Positions 24,939-39,450 of a DNA stretch of 64,000 nucleotides are shown here, in pieces (the stretch's first letter is position 1; every line of letters begins with the position of its first letter). The DNA comes from Octopus sinensis (taxonomy: Eukaryota): assembly GCF_006345805.1 (NCBI RefSeq), contig NC_043005.1:28768001-28832000 (forward strand), written 5' to 3'. The notes below the pieces were generated by a model. The model worked only from the letters and a program-made list of their open reading frames with translations, was not told where the DNA came from and did no database searches. The translations under genes were made by a program, and so were the position numbers.

Positions 24939-27900
24939 ATGCTGAGAGTGAGGTGTGTGAATGTGCATGGCCTGGGGTCAGCTTGGAAGCAAGGTCTAGA
25001 CATGAGCAGCAGAACAGTTGTCGGAGGACTGTAAGATTAGTGGTCGTTTAGACCTCAACTGAAAAGGGCAAGCCAGATTTCTTCAGACAACTGGAGATAT
25101 CTCTAAGAATATCTCAACGATTAATGTTAGTAAGCGACACGAATTGATTGTGTGGGTGTGGCCCATAGAAGGGGTTGCAAATCTTCACAAGCACTTCCAA
25201 CTGTTTGATATATTTCATTTGCCAAATATACCGATATGGACTTGGCCTACTCACAGCAGATCATCATCTAGTTCATGTTCAGAGTGAATTTCCATTAGAT
25301 TAACAAGATTAACATAAATTATCCACAGTTTTTGATAGCTACAACAAACTCATGACCTCTATAGTCAACTTAGAACAGACCAACAGACAGGGGTTTGGTT
25401 TCTGAATACTAAGTGCATCCTTTCCAGTACAGAAACATTTCAGAGACTAAATCATTGAATCAGTTAAGCAGGAATAGACAGATACCACCATCAACAACAG
25501 CTGGTGAGCCATGCAAGAGTGAAAATTAGAATAACATCAGTTAGATTTAGTAAATAGGTAGCAACAGAGAATAACAGAATATAGAAGGAATTAGCTTGTT
25601 GTTTAGAAGTTTGTGTAAGGGGTATTGCAAAGAATGTGCCAGTGAGTGGCTTTAATCATTTGTTCAAGGTGAATTGCAAAGGATGCATTATCCATGCTAA
25701 GGTGCATGAAAACATGAAAGTACAAAAACTGTTCAATGGGGCCAGGTGGTGGAAGAGTAGTGTGGCATCAAAGCCAGAATTTTATCCATGTCATACCACA
25801 GTGGGTGCAAGCTCTCCATTCCCAAGCAAAGGAGTGTGATATTCCAGTACCGTTTTGCTGAATTGTTCTCAATGAATGGTAAAGTGAAAACAGGGGGCAG
25901 TTTTGATGTCTACCACAATGGTTTACCATGACTGTTAAGTGCTGCAAAAAGTCAATTTCAGCTGACATGTTGAGACTCCGAGGTGTAGATCATCAAAATT
26001 TGATGGTCTACTCTACAAACTCTCTTTCCACATGCCAGACTTGTTTGTTCCTGTTTTGGCTGCCATCTAATGTCGATAGCATTCCCAGTCAAGTTAGGTG
26101 GCGACTGATGACGCTGATGAGGAAGGATTCAAGTAAGAAGAATGTGATTTAAAATTTCAGTCTCAAACTCAGTCTCATACACAGCTAGAGATTGTGGCAA
26201 AGCTACTTGCCAAGAGGCTGGCATTTAGCATTGAGAGTGTAGCTAGGGAAGTGCAAAGTGGTCTTTTTCCCAGTAGACTGATCCACAACAACCTATACCT
26301 TATGTAATGCATTATAGAGTGGGTTGAAAATAGATCAGGCTTTGGCAGGGTTCTGGTCAATTTGGATCAGTCCAAAGTACTCAACAGAATCAACTATTGG
26401 TGTCTGGCAGTTGTCCTTGAAGCAGCTGGTTTCAATCCTCTCTTCAGATGTTGGATCACTGCAATGTACAGCAGGCTCTGTTTGGTGGTCAAACTAAATG
26501 GCCACTTCTCAGAACCATTCAGCATTGAATGCTTCATCTGTTAAGGATATAGTCTTCCCATTCCTGAATGTTTTGGTATTGTAGTCATTGTTACAGAAGA
26601 TAAAGACTTTGAAAGGCATCGTACCTGAACTGAATCACAGGAGCGTCATGTCTTCATACACAGACAACATCACTGTCATTGTATCAGAGACTTCACAGTT
26701 AAAAGCAGTCAACACTATAGCAGAGGAATACCAGGGGTGTACAAGAGCATACATCAACAGGGATAAACTGGTGGGCTTGCAACACAGCATGTGCAGAGAA
26801 AAATTCATGCTGACCAAAAGTGATTTCTATCACTGATCTGAGGACCTGGTCAAGGTGCTCAGGGTGACTCAAACCAGAATTCCATTCCATGAATAAGAAC
26901 TGCAAAGTAGTTGCAAGCAGGGTAACCATTCTCACACAGAAATGTGCCAAGAGGAAGCTTTTCCTGAAAGATCAAGCAGAAGTCACTAATGCCTATATCA
27001 CCCAACATGTGATTGTTGTACCTTTTCTGAAGAAACATCTAACCAGAGTAGCATGTATGCATTTCTGCTTATGGAAGGGAAAGATTCCACTTATCAGGAA
27101 ATTCATCTGCTCCCAATACTCACTCTGTGATGGTCCCAGGATGCTATCACTGATGATGTGCAGGCACACAGTGAGGTTAACCAGAAATATATGGACAACT
27201 TCAATGATGATGAAAACAATGAAAATGAAAGAGAACTATTTGGAGTGCTCTTCATGTGACACTCCCTTCTGAAACTTGTGTCATTGATCAAGTTACAATT
27301 TTGAACCAAGCTCAGATCAAGATTGAGCATTTGGCATCTGGAATGTTTCCAGGTGTTCATCAAGGCAATCTACTCAGTGGACAACACAGTTAACAGTAAA
27401 AAAAAAAACTCATATTCTACAGAGGGAAGATATGATGGTCTGAGAATGGCTGTGGGCATTGATAAAAACATTTTGAACAGTCACTTCAAGAGAACAAGTC
27501 GGGGACTATGGACAACTTCCAAAAGTCCTTAGCATAACAGTGCTATGACTGGGAGGTATTATCAGTTTGTGACAAGCTCCAAAGAAGTGCTAATAGCCAA
27601 ACCTGTCCAAATGATACAGGAGGACAAAACCATCTAGTATGACATCATTCAATGTGTCAAACAGCTGCTATTACATGTAGGATGCAGGATGAATTGGTCT
27701 AGATGTCCAGTCTGTATGGACATACCACCTTTCCTTGGCAGAGAAGGGTGGCTAGTTTTTTCTCTCCTTAGTGGACATGGCAAAACAACATGGTGAACTC
27801 ATTTGAAAGCCTTGAGAACAAGTATTAATCCTTCCTGGCCAAGCTCTCATCAACCTCTTAAAGTACCACTTGAAGAGAAAGATTAAAATAGGGAGGCACT

Positions 27901-27990
27901 TCCTTCACATGTATCTAATTAAACATGGGTGAAAGTAGCAAGACTGGCAAGGTTGAATGCATCTATCCAGAGCATGCTTTGGTAAGTGAG
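24939..27990 (+). mobile_element. Degenerate L1/Tx1-clade LINE ORF2 (endonuclease + RT); 24200-24930 may be ORF1 remnant
   Basis: MLRVRCVNVHGLG (APE start at 24939), DQSKVLNRINYWCLAVVLEAAGF (DQSKAFDRV-like), SSYTDNITVIV (YADD-like), INRDKLVGL. Many stops. Boundaries are approximate. Confidence 0.8.
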
Positions 27991-29365
27991 AGGAAGGAAA
28001 TGGAGAGAAGGAGAAGGTACTTTAGATGCCTTAGATATGTAAGAGACTAATCTAGTCATATGTGCAATTCACCTCAATTTAGTTCCCCTCAACTGGGAAA
28101 CCTTTTTTCTTTTGTTATAATCCTTTATTGTTAATCCTTTAAGATTCAGATTATTCTGTTAAATGTAATCCTTATTTACTCACATTTGCTTTGAAATGAT
28201 TATGTTTTGTCTCATAGCTTCAAGATTTTGATTCTTTATTTTTAGGATGACATCGTAGGGTATGCGTAAGAGGCTGCATCTGGTTACTTTGAACATAAAA
28301 TACATTGAATATTTTGGCCGGATTTTGCCAATTTAAATGCTAAAAGGTTAAACCATTTTTTCTTAACATACTTCTTTTTACTCAATATAAACCAGATTAT
28401 TTTTTTATGTATTTACTTCTCTTGTCCTTTTTATTGTCCTCAACAAAATGACCAATATAAGGAGTCATTATTGTTGTTATTATTATATATTATTAACAGG
28501 ATAATCAATAAGAAATATTAGAACTCAGAAATATGAAACATCTGTTGAATGTGTGTGTGTGTGTGAATGGATAGATGGATAGACAGACATACAGATCTGT
28601 TAATACTGTCTCATTGATTTCCATTCATATTCTACAAAGTGTATAGACTTCTTCGTTTTATTTTTAAAAACATCCCTTAAGAATAAACAACTTTCTTGAG
28701 TGATAAATGTTATTTTACAGTTTACTTTAGTTTAACACTATAAAACAGAAGCCAGTCACCTGCCAACTCAACATGTAATAAACGAGTTCATATATCATTA
28801 CATTTTCTAGGCCAACACACTTTAAATCAATCAAACTATTATTTGTTGTCAAATAACTGTTATCATTAGCTTAATGTTTGAAGTAAGTTTAAAACAAGTT
28901 TCAGCACTTGGACACTGAATAATAGGAGCAACTCTGAACGAATTGGTGCAGCTTTAGAGATGTCTGTTTTGACATTGAGTTTTAGCAACATGGACAGTGT
29001 GAGAAAAATAAGTATACTCAATAATTTTATGCCAGACACAATGACAAATGTGCTACACATATATATCACTTTTTATTATAGAATTTACATGGCATTGTTC
29101 CATCACTATGTCTTTCAAAGATAATAATACTTGAGGACTGCTGTTCCTTGCAAGAATAATACTTCTATCTTCTGTTACTTCTTTCAGTAATCGGACAGCA
29201 GCCATGCTGGGACACCACCTTACTCATATTTTTCTTGAGTCTGATAGTTTTTCTATCAGTCTCTTTTGCTGGAACCACTAAGTTACAGGGACATAAACAA
29301 ACTGATGCTGGTTGTCAAGTGATTGAGAGGTGTTCAAACACACACACACACACATATATATGTAA

Positions 29366-29716
29366 GGCGCATGGCTCAGTGGTTAGAGCATCGAGCTTAC
29401 GATCATGAGGTTGTGAGTTCGAATCCCAGACTGGACTGCATGTTGTGTTCTTGAGCATGACACTTTATTTCACATTGCTCCAGTTCACTCAGCTGTAGAA
29501 ATGAGTTGCGATGTTACTGATGCCAAGCTGTATCGGCCTTTGCCTTTCCCTTAGATAACACTGGTGGCATAGAGAGGGGAGGCCGGTATGGATGGGCAAC
29601 TGCTGGTCTTCCATAAACAACCTTGCCTGGACTTGTGCCTGAGAGGGTAACTTTCTAGGTGCAATCCCATGGTCATTCATGGAAAGCGGACGTTAAACGA
29701 TGATGATGATGATGAT
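29366..29716 (+). mobile_element. Full-length tRNA-derived SINE, third family, ending in an RTE-type tail
   Basis: Box A TGGCTCAGTGG (29372) and box B AGTTCGAATCC (29416). Non-tRNA body follows. Ends catggaaagcggacgttaaacg(atg)n. Confidence 0.8.
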
Positions 29717-30604
29717 ACAGACACACACATCACAGGCTTCCACCACAGTTTCCATCAACCAAATTCACTAACAAGACATTGGTTGACCCAGGACTATAGC
29801 AAAAGACACCTACTCAAGGTGACATGTACAGGGATTGAACCCAAAAGCCATGTGATTGCAAAGTAAGCTTCTTAACTGCACAACCAGCCTGTGTAGTTTA
29901 GACATCCATCCTTAAAGCACAAGCAAGCACTGAGAAAATATTTCGTGATTACGAGCCATACCGTCCTGTTTGAGGAAACCTGAGAGACAGCAGTATCAGT
30001 CAATTACATCAGCTTCAGTACTTAACAGGTACTTTATCAAACCCTGAATGACAAAAGGGAAAACTGACCTCGGCAGAATTTGTAGTTAGAGGGCGAAGGG
30101 CAGAAATGAAATACCACGCTAACAATTCAATCAACTGCTCATAGTTAGTCAATAGAAACAGAAAAAATGAAGTAGCAATGTACAACAAAACAGACATCAC
30201 ACAGTAATTTTATATTATGCTCATTTACACTTTTATTTCTAAAATCTACAAAAATATCTGAAGCAACAATTTTACAAAACCAAAAAAAAACCCAAAAAAC
30301 GTATGCATATGGGATTTGAACTATGTATCTAGAAGTCATCAACAACCAAAAGCTATCAGGTTCAAATCATTTAAATGGTTCTATTGCTCTTTTGTCTGTC
30401 TCCAAATTGAGGCTTTTAATATCTAGTAAGATTTACATTAAACTATTAGCAATTAATTTATTAACTTCTAAAAAATGTTTAGTATGAGAAACAGATGCTT
30501 CAGTTTCTAAAGAAACTTGAAATACATAAAAGGTTTTTTCCCGAAAAAGAAAAATAGAGTAAGATATGATACTATAGCAGAGTGAATGTCGAGAACTATA
30601 TGCA

Positions 30605-30658
<54 letters not shown>

Positions 30659-30818
30659 GTAGTACATTGGTTTATGAACGCCTCTGATCATGAATATATC
30701 GTGCTTTATATATATCTATATCAATATAGATATATATTTATATATAGATGATCAGAGTTGTTCAAAAACCAAGGTACTACTGCGTATATGTGAGTGTATA
30801 TATGTATGTATGCATGTA

Positions 30819-30855
<37 letters not shown>

Positions 30856-33800
30856 GTATGTATGTGTATATATATATAGAAAACAAAGTTATTTTATTCA
30901 ACACAGGTAGAAATATAGGAAAAATATAAGTTGAAAATGCACTGAGAATAGTTAAAATATTTTCTATTATTATTATTATATTCAAAGATTTAACCGGTTT
31001 TACAGTTTACAGTTTACTTCTGACTAATGTTTTAAGCTTGCCCTATTTCTATAGGGAGTTCATGACTCAAAATAGTATGTTTTGAATAGAGTTTGATTGG
31101 TAGAGGATAATCACATGACTGGTTGTTAGAAATTTTTGTAGGTTCCCTCTACATCTGTGTGTTAGCATTAAGTGACAATGTTTAGTGTAGTAAGTCAAGG
31201 CTGACACAGTTGACTGAACAAGTCGAGTGGTAATACTAAACAATCAATACTCTGAATGTTTTCCATCAAATGTTTGTAGAGAATGAACATGTGTTCATTA
31301 AGAACATAGTAGAGTACAGTATAAAGCTGGTCCACCTTCAGATTTCACCCTGTGCTGTCCAGTAGTAGCATTATACGTACTTCCAGGTTTGCGTTTGGGC
31401 TTTTGCCGAATGTGAACAGATAACTGAAAAAAATTGTCCTTCGTCAACAACATATCTTGATAAACTCAGTGGTTACTACAACAGACAGGGAGGATGCGCT
31501 TGAAGCTAAGAATTTGAACTTTCAGAGATAATATTTACATATCGCCTGATGAAACAACTAGATCTCATAATGCAGGGAAACAGTCACATAATCAAGTACC
31601 TGCATGCCTGGAGAACTACATTGCATAGAAACAATTGTAGTGATTGAAAATAAATGTCCAACCGTACTCCTTCTTGTTGACTCCAATTTTTTTGAAACTG
31701 TATTAGTATTTCAGTCAATAACTGATGAAGAATTAGGGCCCCTCTGTGTCTGTCCTATGTGTACGTTTTTTAGTATTTAATGCATTTTTCATTTATTGAG
31801 TGACTGAATGCCACACATCCCGACTTTTGTTAACAGTAAGTTTATATATATATATAATATATATATATATATTCAGGTGTGTGATAGTGTATGGTAGTGA
31901 ATCATGGGCACTGAATGTTGAGGAGTTTATGTGTTCTATGCAAGATGTGCAATGGTGTATAGTAGTGAAACACAGACAGTGAATGTAGAGGACTACACGA
32001 CATGTGAAATATGTGATAGTGTACGGCAGTGAAACAGTGAATGTAATACGTGCAATGATGGATGGTAATGAAATAGGGGGCAGTATATTTAGATGACTAT
32101 ATGAGACATTTAGTTTAGTTCTTGAACTTGTTTTAGTCATGCTGAAGACCACTTCAGAATCAAATGTTGTCTTTTGGATAATCTCTATGTTCCAGAGTCC
32201 AATTTTTTTCATTGAGTGTTTCTGTACATTTAGCATCTCTAATCGGTGGATGGTTGATCTGGGGTACTAGAAAGAAACAGATCTAGGTATTCTAACCCAT
32301 TTGATACCAACCTGCCAGAGACCAACTCTGGTTTTACGATACAAACTTCTTGCTTTCAAGAGTTCTAAATTAAAATCTTCCACTAGAATTTCATGGTAAG
32401 GTATGCTCCAAACATCAACTTAATAACGACAAAGGTATTCTGCTAAATATTTTGTTAATTTCGAAATTAATTAAGGCATAGACAGTGTATTTCAAAAGAA
32501 ATATGGTAATAATGGGATCAAGAGTCTCAGAGGAATCTTTGACCAAGTTTCATAAACAGATTGACAAATAGCTGTATAAATGTGGGTCTTTAAATGCCAA
32601 ACACATACTGTGTGAATTTCTTATGTGAGAGTTTGAGGAATGGAGTGTTGGGACATTCCATTCCAGTTGCTTGATTGTTCCTGTTTGCCAACATTTAGAT
32701 GAAGACTTTGAAAAATTCACATGTATATAATAGCAAACTGTATATAATAGCATTTCCATTTCAAGTAGGAAAAAAAAAAACAATGTCATTTCCAGGTGGA
32801 TGTAAGATTCAACACTAGGTTGCACGAGTGAGATAAAACAGAACTGTAGATGTAGAGTGCCTGTATTGCAGACTTATCTAACCAGTTTCAAAACAAAAAG
32901 ATGATGATGGTGGTGGTAGAGGCAGTTGTGAGTGAATGTTAATATGAGATAAAATTCATTTTCTCAATGATCCTCTGAGTTTTAAGTGTTTAACATTTAC
33001 AGTGAGAATCTACTTGAAACACCCTTCAGATTGTTAACCCTCCCAATGAAGTTGACAGCTTAACAATTACAAATCCGAAGTGTTTTATTATTAAACAACA
33101 ATGTGCAACTGAGAGAAAACACAGACACTTACTTATACACAAACATATAACGGTGCAAAGTAACACACTTGTGGTTGTCAGTCAAAGTTTAAATCACATG
33201 AATGCATGCTGCCCTTTATCTACAGTAATTAGAGATACTCAACTCTCAATAGTTCAAACTTATAAACACTACCACGAGGAGGAACTGTTTATATCATCAT
33301 CATTGTCATCATTTAACGTCCATTTTCCATGCTGGCACAAGCTGGATAATTTGACAGGATCTGGCAAGTTTCAGGGCTGCACCAAGCACCATTGTCAGCT
33401 TTGGCACAGTTCTTATGGCTAGATACCATTCCTAATACCAGCCACTTTACAGTGCGTACTGGGCACTTTCTTTATGCCACCAGCCCTAGTAAGGTTACCA
33501 AGTAAGTTCCAAGACAGAAAAAGAATAGATGAAGTGTGAGGAGCAGTCATTTGAGAACAAGAGGAGCTGAGAGGATAAAATCTGATAGAAGAACAAGAAC
33601 AGGCATTTTGTTATAGAGGGGATAATACAGCTACCTCCCATTATATAAGTAGCAGCTGGAAAGAAGATAAAGATGGCAAAGATTGAACTCTACAAAATAT
33701 CTTTCACTTATCAGTGTCTGTGAAAACTGGAAGTGGTTCCTACACACCAAGATATATTCCTGAAATGTCAGTGGATACAAAGAAAATGAAACTAGAAAAC

Positions 33801-35329
33801 TTATAAGATAGTCAACAGAGATTTATTCAGTCATTTTATGTTCATTCTTCCATGTTTGCATAGGCTGGCTAAATATATTATTTAGGCATTAATTTACAGT
33901 CAAATTTAATTTCCTGATGCTAAACCTTACCTGACTCTCAAGTCTGGGACCATTTATTCCACACAGCCTCGAAACGGCTGCACTTTTGTGCAACTGATTC
34001 AAAATATAAAGAAACCACACACACACACATCATCATTGTCCAATGTTGAACTGTTTAACACAGAGTGGCCTGTGTTGGACAGTTCAACAGGATCCAGTGA
34101 GCCAGAAGACTGCATCAAACTCCACTGTTTACTTTGGCATGGTTTCCACATCTGGATGCTCTTCCTAACACCAACCATTTTACATATGTGTAGGTATATA
34201 TATGTATACACACACACAACAGGTATTTTCAGTTTCCATCTACCAAATCCACTCACAAGGCTTCAGTCAGCCTAGAGCTATAATGCAAGACACTTCTTGC
34301 TCAAGGTGCAGTGAGACTGAACCTGAAACCACATGGATGGTTGAAAAGAGAACTTCTCAACCACACAGCAGCCAAGCCTATATTAATAAAACCCTCAGAG
34401 AATGGTTTTAATGGAGCTGAGATGTTGCCAAAAATGTTCATCAAGTATCTGAAAAAAATCAATTTTATAAAAATATCTGCTTATTTATTTTTACTTTATA
34501 TTGCAATATGGGAACAATAGCATCATTACTTTCCAATGGGTCAATCACATGAGTGCCGAGAAACAGCGACTATTTTGTCTCTGACCAGATGCTGCTGATG
34601 TACAGAAGTAGTCTGGGCAAAGCAAACTACAATTGTCCAGACTGTTACACTGCACCACATACAATTAACAATAATCCACCTCAAACTATCCCTGGTTCTA
34701 GGATACGATTTTCTGGTTTAAAAATGAGCTTAATAGAAACCTTCCAGCAAAAAGCTTTCCTTACTATATTTCTACTGAAATGTAAAGGGACATAGGCAAG
34801 TGGTTAGACTGTTGCACTCATGATCACTAAATTGTGGGCTCAATTCCTTAACTGAGTGACGCATTGTGTTCTTGAGAAAAATACTTCATTTACAACCATC
34901 ACACAATCTCGACAAGAAACGCACATACATATATGATGGGCTTCTTTCTGTTTCCATTTAACAAATCCACTCACAAGGCTCTGGTTGTCGTGAAGCTATT
35001 GTACATGATACCTGCCCAAAGTGCCATATGGTTGGGAAGCAAACTTATTAAACATATAGCCATACCTGTACCTATACCAGATTTTATTTGGCCCAGGGCT
35101 ATAGTGTGACACTTGCCCAATTAACATCTTATTCAAATTAGGCAGAGGGCGCTGACCATAAAATATAGATATTAGTTCCATGATATTTGGAAAATTATGT
35201 AATGGGTTCTGTGCTGGAAATGTTCAGGAACTGCTGACCAAGGTAAGGAAAACTGTCGACCACTTCTACTGAAACTTCTAAGCAGTTGAAAGTTTTCATT
35301 TTTTGAATGGCTTTACAAACCAACCACTG

Positions 35330-36575
35330 TTCACCTTCTCTGTCAGCCTGCCTGTGACTCCACTGTACCTTTTGTACACTTATAGTTTATATAGAGCTCA
35401 CTGTAAAGAACTCTACCATAACCCTTTCTGCATATAGAACACAGCCACTTTCCAGATTGCAGCAGAGTTTTGTTTTTAAAACTTTTGTCTTTGCTAAGGT
35501 TGACTTTTATGCACCTTGGTTTTATATCCAGCTTCCATATTTGCAACTTTCTTCCTCTAATTCTCCAACTGATTCAGTTATGAAAACTACATGGTCAACA
35601 TACAGAAGTTTGCATGAGTAGCAAGTCTTGAACTGCTGCTGCTGCTGTGCTAAAGAATTATACTTAACAGGAGAGTGATGAGAACGCAGCCTTGGACACC
35701 TGTTTTGTAAATTCCTCGTTGAGCTCATGTAGACAGCACCCTTGTGTGTGTGTGTGTGTTTGCTACAGATACTTTAGAGAATATATTTAACCAAATCTTT
35801 TGATACCAACCCACATGAGATTATCCTAGTTCTATGATACAAATACCATTTTAAAGTGATCTAAATTGAAACCTCGCAGTAAAATTTCAGGTTAATTTAT
35901 GTTCCAAACACCAACATCATCATCATCATTTAACGTCAGTTTTCCATGCTGTAGTGCCACCTGGACTCAATGTCTGTTTTGGTATGGTCTCTGCAGTTGG
36001 ATGGCCTTCCTAATGCCAACCATTTCACAGAATGTACAGGGTGCTTTTATGCAACTTGGGCACAACTGCTTTTACATAGCACCAGCATGGGTGCTTTTTA
36101 TATGGCACTGGCACCAACAAGCCCACAAGATTAGGAACTCAGCTGAAAAGGGATGCAGGGGACATGTCTGTATGCAAGGATGATCACATATTTACTTAGC
36201 TTGACATGTCTTCTCAAACACAGGAATCTCAGTCTCTTGTCATCCTCTCTGTGAGTCCCAGCACCTGAAGATCCAATCTTACCACTTCATCCCACATCTT
36301 CCTGGGTCTACCCCTTCCATAATTCTCTCCATAATTAGAACTTGGCACTTCTTGATGCAACTGTCTTCATCATACACATTACATGATCGTACAAGCACAG
36401 TCTTCTCTCTTGCACACTACATTAGATGCCTGCTGTACCCAGTTTTGCCCTCAAATCGCTTACACTGTCATATATGCACACTGAGCATACTGGCTTCATT
36501 TCTCTCAAATCTTCATATATCCTCAGTAGTCACAATCCATGTTTCACAACTTATTTTACTAAACTTGCCATTACT
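35330..36575 (-). mobile_element. Rearranged RTE-clade LINE fragments of the same family
   Basis: FKTCYSCKLLYVDHVVFITESVGELEE (YADD-like) and GKWLCSICRKG at 35.3-35.7 kb. RT tail and 3' UTR lie at 35.9-36.6 kb. Confidence 0.75.
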
Positions 36576-37989
36576 TTTCAAAATTAACTGAAACAAAGGT
36601 AGGTTATTTTATCAGAAATTTGGTAGCACAGTAGTTAATCTAATGCCTCAGTATGTCTGTAATTACAACATTACTAATCTGGCAGAGTTCATGGTTTTAT
36701 TTAACCATCTTTACCGATTCTTCTTGCTCTGGATGAACAAACAGTGTCAGTGATAGAACCATGTTAAACATGAAATTTGGTTATAAAAACAGAGGTGGTT
36801 GGAATACTTCTTTTCAATGGTCATAGGTGCAAGAATGGCTGTGTGGTTAAGAAGTTTGCTTCCCAACTCTGTAGTTTCAGGTTCAGTCCCACTGTACAGC
36901 ACTTTGAACAAGTGATTTCAATAATAACCTTGGCCTGACCTTAGTCTTGTGAGAGGAGTTGATAGACGGAAACTGTATGCATGTGTGTTGCATGAGTATG
37001 TTTGTGTGTTTGTGTCTTAGTTGTAAATGAATGTCACCATAGAAGAGTCCTTTGTTTTTAATCTTCTATGAATATATGTCTGACCATGGGAGAAATATTT
37101 AGCTTGCTGGGAAACAGGTGAGGGCTGGGGACAGGAAAGCCATCCCAGCTATAGAAAATCTGCCTCTATGAATTCTGACCCATATAAGCATGGGAAAGTG
37201 GATGCTATGACGATGATGATAAGATTACAACCCACATGCTATGACGATGATGATAAGATTGCAACAATGGAGTATTGTATTAATCAGGATCAGAAGGGTA
37301 TTGAAACTGAACTTTAAATTAATTCACAAATAAGTTGGCTAAATTAATGAAAGTTCTCTGATGGATGATGTTACAATGAAGAAATCTTTCACAACTTAAA
37401 GTAAATATTTGGAATGATGCCAAAAGATATTAGATTATGGAACTGTGTGCAGTGCCAAATTTCAGCAAAAGCCTTGTTAATATGATGGCAAACTACTTTC
37501 TAAGATGTTTTATCAATTATGCATTGATAACGTCTTTTCTCAAACAATCAGTCTTTTGTTTTATTTGTGAACTCATGAGAGATGTCAGATATGGTCATTA
37601 AAGTTCTTTGCCAACTTCTTTAAGATATACAGAAATTCCAATTAATGTTAAAAGTAGCATCACGCCAAGGTTGGAGAATAGTGGGTTAACAGAAAACTAC
37701 ATCGTCTTCTAGAATATCAGTCAAATGTAATAGAAGCGTAATTAGTGTAGCATGGTGTTGTGGTTTAACCCCGAGTGGATCTTGACTGAGTAGACCTATG
37801 ATCCAAACGGTTACGAATCTGACCAGCCTCATCTTGATCAAACAAATAATCTAAGACTATATCATTCAATGCATACTTCTTTTTTTTCTTATGAACATAG
37901 TATATGAGTTGAAGACAGGAATTTGGCTGATATTTTTAGCATGTTAATCTCAACTACATAGAAGTAAAAATAAAACATACATGCTTGTG

Positions 37990-37999
<10 letters not shown>

Positions 38000-38036
<37 letters not shown>

Positions 38037-38129
38037 CATACATATGTATACGTACATATGCATATATATATATATATACACATATATAATATATATATAT
38101 ACACAGACATACATATGTATACGTACATA

Positions 38130-38167
<38 letters not shown>

Positions 38168-38189
38168 CATACATATGTATACGTACATA

Positions 38190-38233
<44 letters not shown>

Positions 38234-38255
38234 CATACATATGTATACGTACATA

Positions 38256-38297
<42 letters not shown>

Positions 38298-38300
38298 TAT
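38000..38300. repeat. Compound satellite: 4 x [(TA)n cacagacatacatatgtatacgtacatatgca]
   Basis: The identical ~32-bp spacer recurs four times between (TA)n runs. Confidence 0.9.
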
Positions 38301-38704
38301 ATATTTACTTACATATACATGCATATTTACATACATATAAATATATAAAGTGAGAGGAAGAGGGAGAAAGAAAGGAGGGAGGGAGAGTGGGGAGGAGGAG
38401 TAAAAAATTGCACCGAATGACAACAAAGCTATACATTGTAAAATCATACAAGTGTATAAATGAATGTGAGTGGGGGGGTGCATTTAGTGGGTATCATATT
38501 TATTGAGGGTATTAGCCACGTATATGAGAGTGTAACTAAGTGGACGTGGATGGGTGTGTATGTGTGTGATTATTATTGTATGTATGAGTATGTTCACTTG
38601 CCTACACTGGCATAAGTAGATTTATGCATTTATATGCCTCTGTGTGCCTCTGTGTGGTCTGATCAGTAAGTACCCAGACTGTAGCCATAGTAACGAAGCT
38701 AATA

Positions 38705-38788
<84 letters not shown>

Positions 38789-38885
38789 ATATATATATAT
38801 ATGTGTATATATGTGTATATATATATATATATATAAACGTATATAAACATGTATATATATATATATATATATAACGTATATAAAC

Positions 38886-38953
<68 letters not shown>

Positions 38954-38984
38954 GTATATATATATATAAATATACTCTTTTTAC

Positions 38985-39377
38985 TCTTTTACTTGTTTCA
39001 GTCGTTTGACTGCAGACATGCAGGAGCACCGCCTTTAGTCAAGAAAATCAACCCCGGGACTTATTCTTTGTAAGCCCAGTACTTATTCTATCGGTCTCTT
39101 TTGCCGAACCTTCAAGTTACGGGGACATAAACACACCAGCATCGGTTTTCAAGCAATGCTAGGGGGAAAAACACAGACACACAAACATACACACGCATAT
39201 ATATACATATATACGACGGGCTTCTTTGAGTTTCTGTCTACCAAATCCACTCACAAGGCTTTGGTTGGCCCGAGGCTATAGTAGAAGACACTTGCCCAAG
39301 GTACCACGCAGTGGGACTGAACCCGGAACCATGTGGTTGGTAAGCAAGCTACTTACCACACAGCCACTCCTGCGCCT
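38985..39377 (-). mobile_element. Well-preserved tRNA-derived SINE of the dominant family
   Basis: Minus-strand head gtggctgtgtggtaag...gggttcagtcccactgcg, body ccttgggcaagtgtcttctactatagcc, internal (TA/TG)n, tail gactgaaacaagtaaaaga. Other copies at ~42746-43101, 47640-48410, 50525-50941, 36835-37000, 14860-15180, 29180-29345, 34200-34380. Confidence 0.85.
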
Positions 39378-39413
39378 ATTATACATATATACATATAAAT
39401 ATGTATGTATGTG

Positions 39414-39450
<37 letters not shown>

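Noticed and set aside
29366-29440. Possible tRNA gene (A and B boxes)
   Set aside because: No acceptor stem or terminator; it continues into a SINE body.
34380-34450. Minus-strand acceptor tttttttcag followed by an open frame (YLMNIFGNISAPLKPF...)
   Set aside because: No GT donor, the phase-0 frame stops, and there is no similarity to either gene.
37889-39073. Many 60-177 aa ORFs rich in [12 protein letters not shown] (also 13099-13395, 47129-47849, 40011-40273)
   Set aside because: Translations of (TA)n/(CA)n microsatellites, which lack stop codons in some frames.
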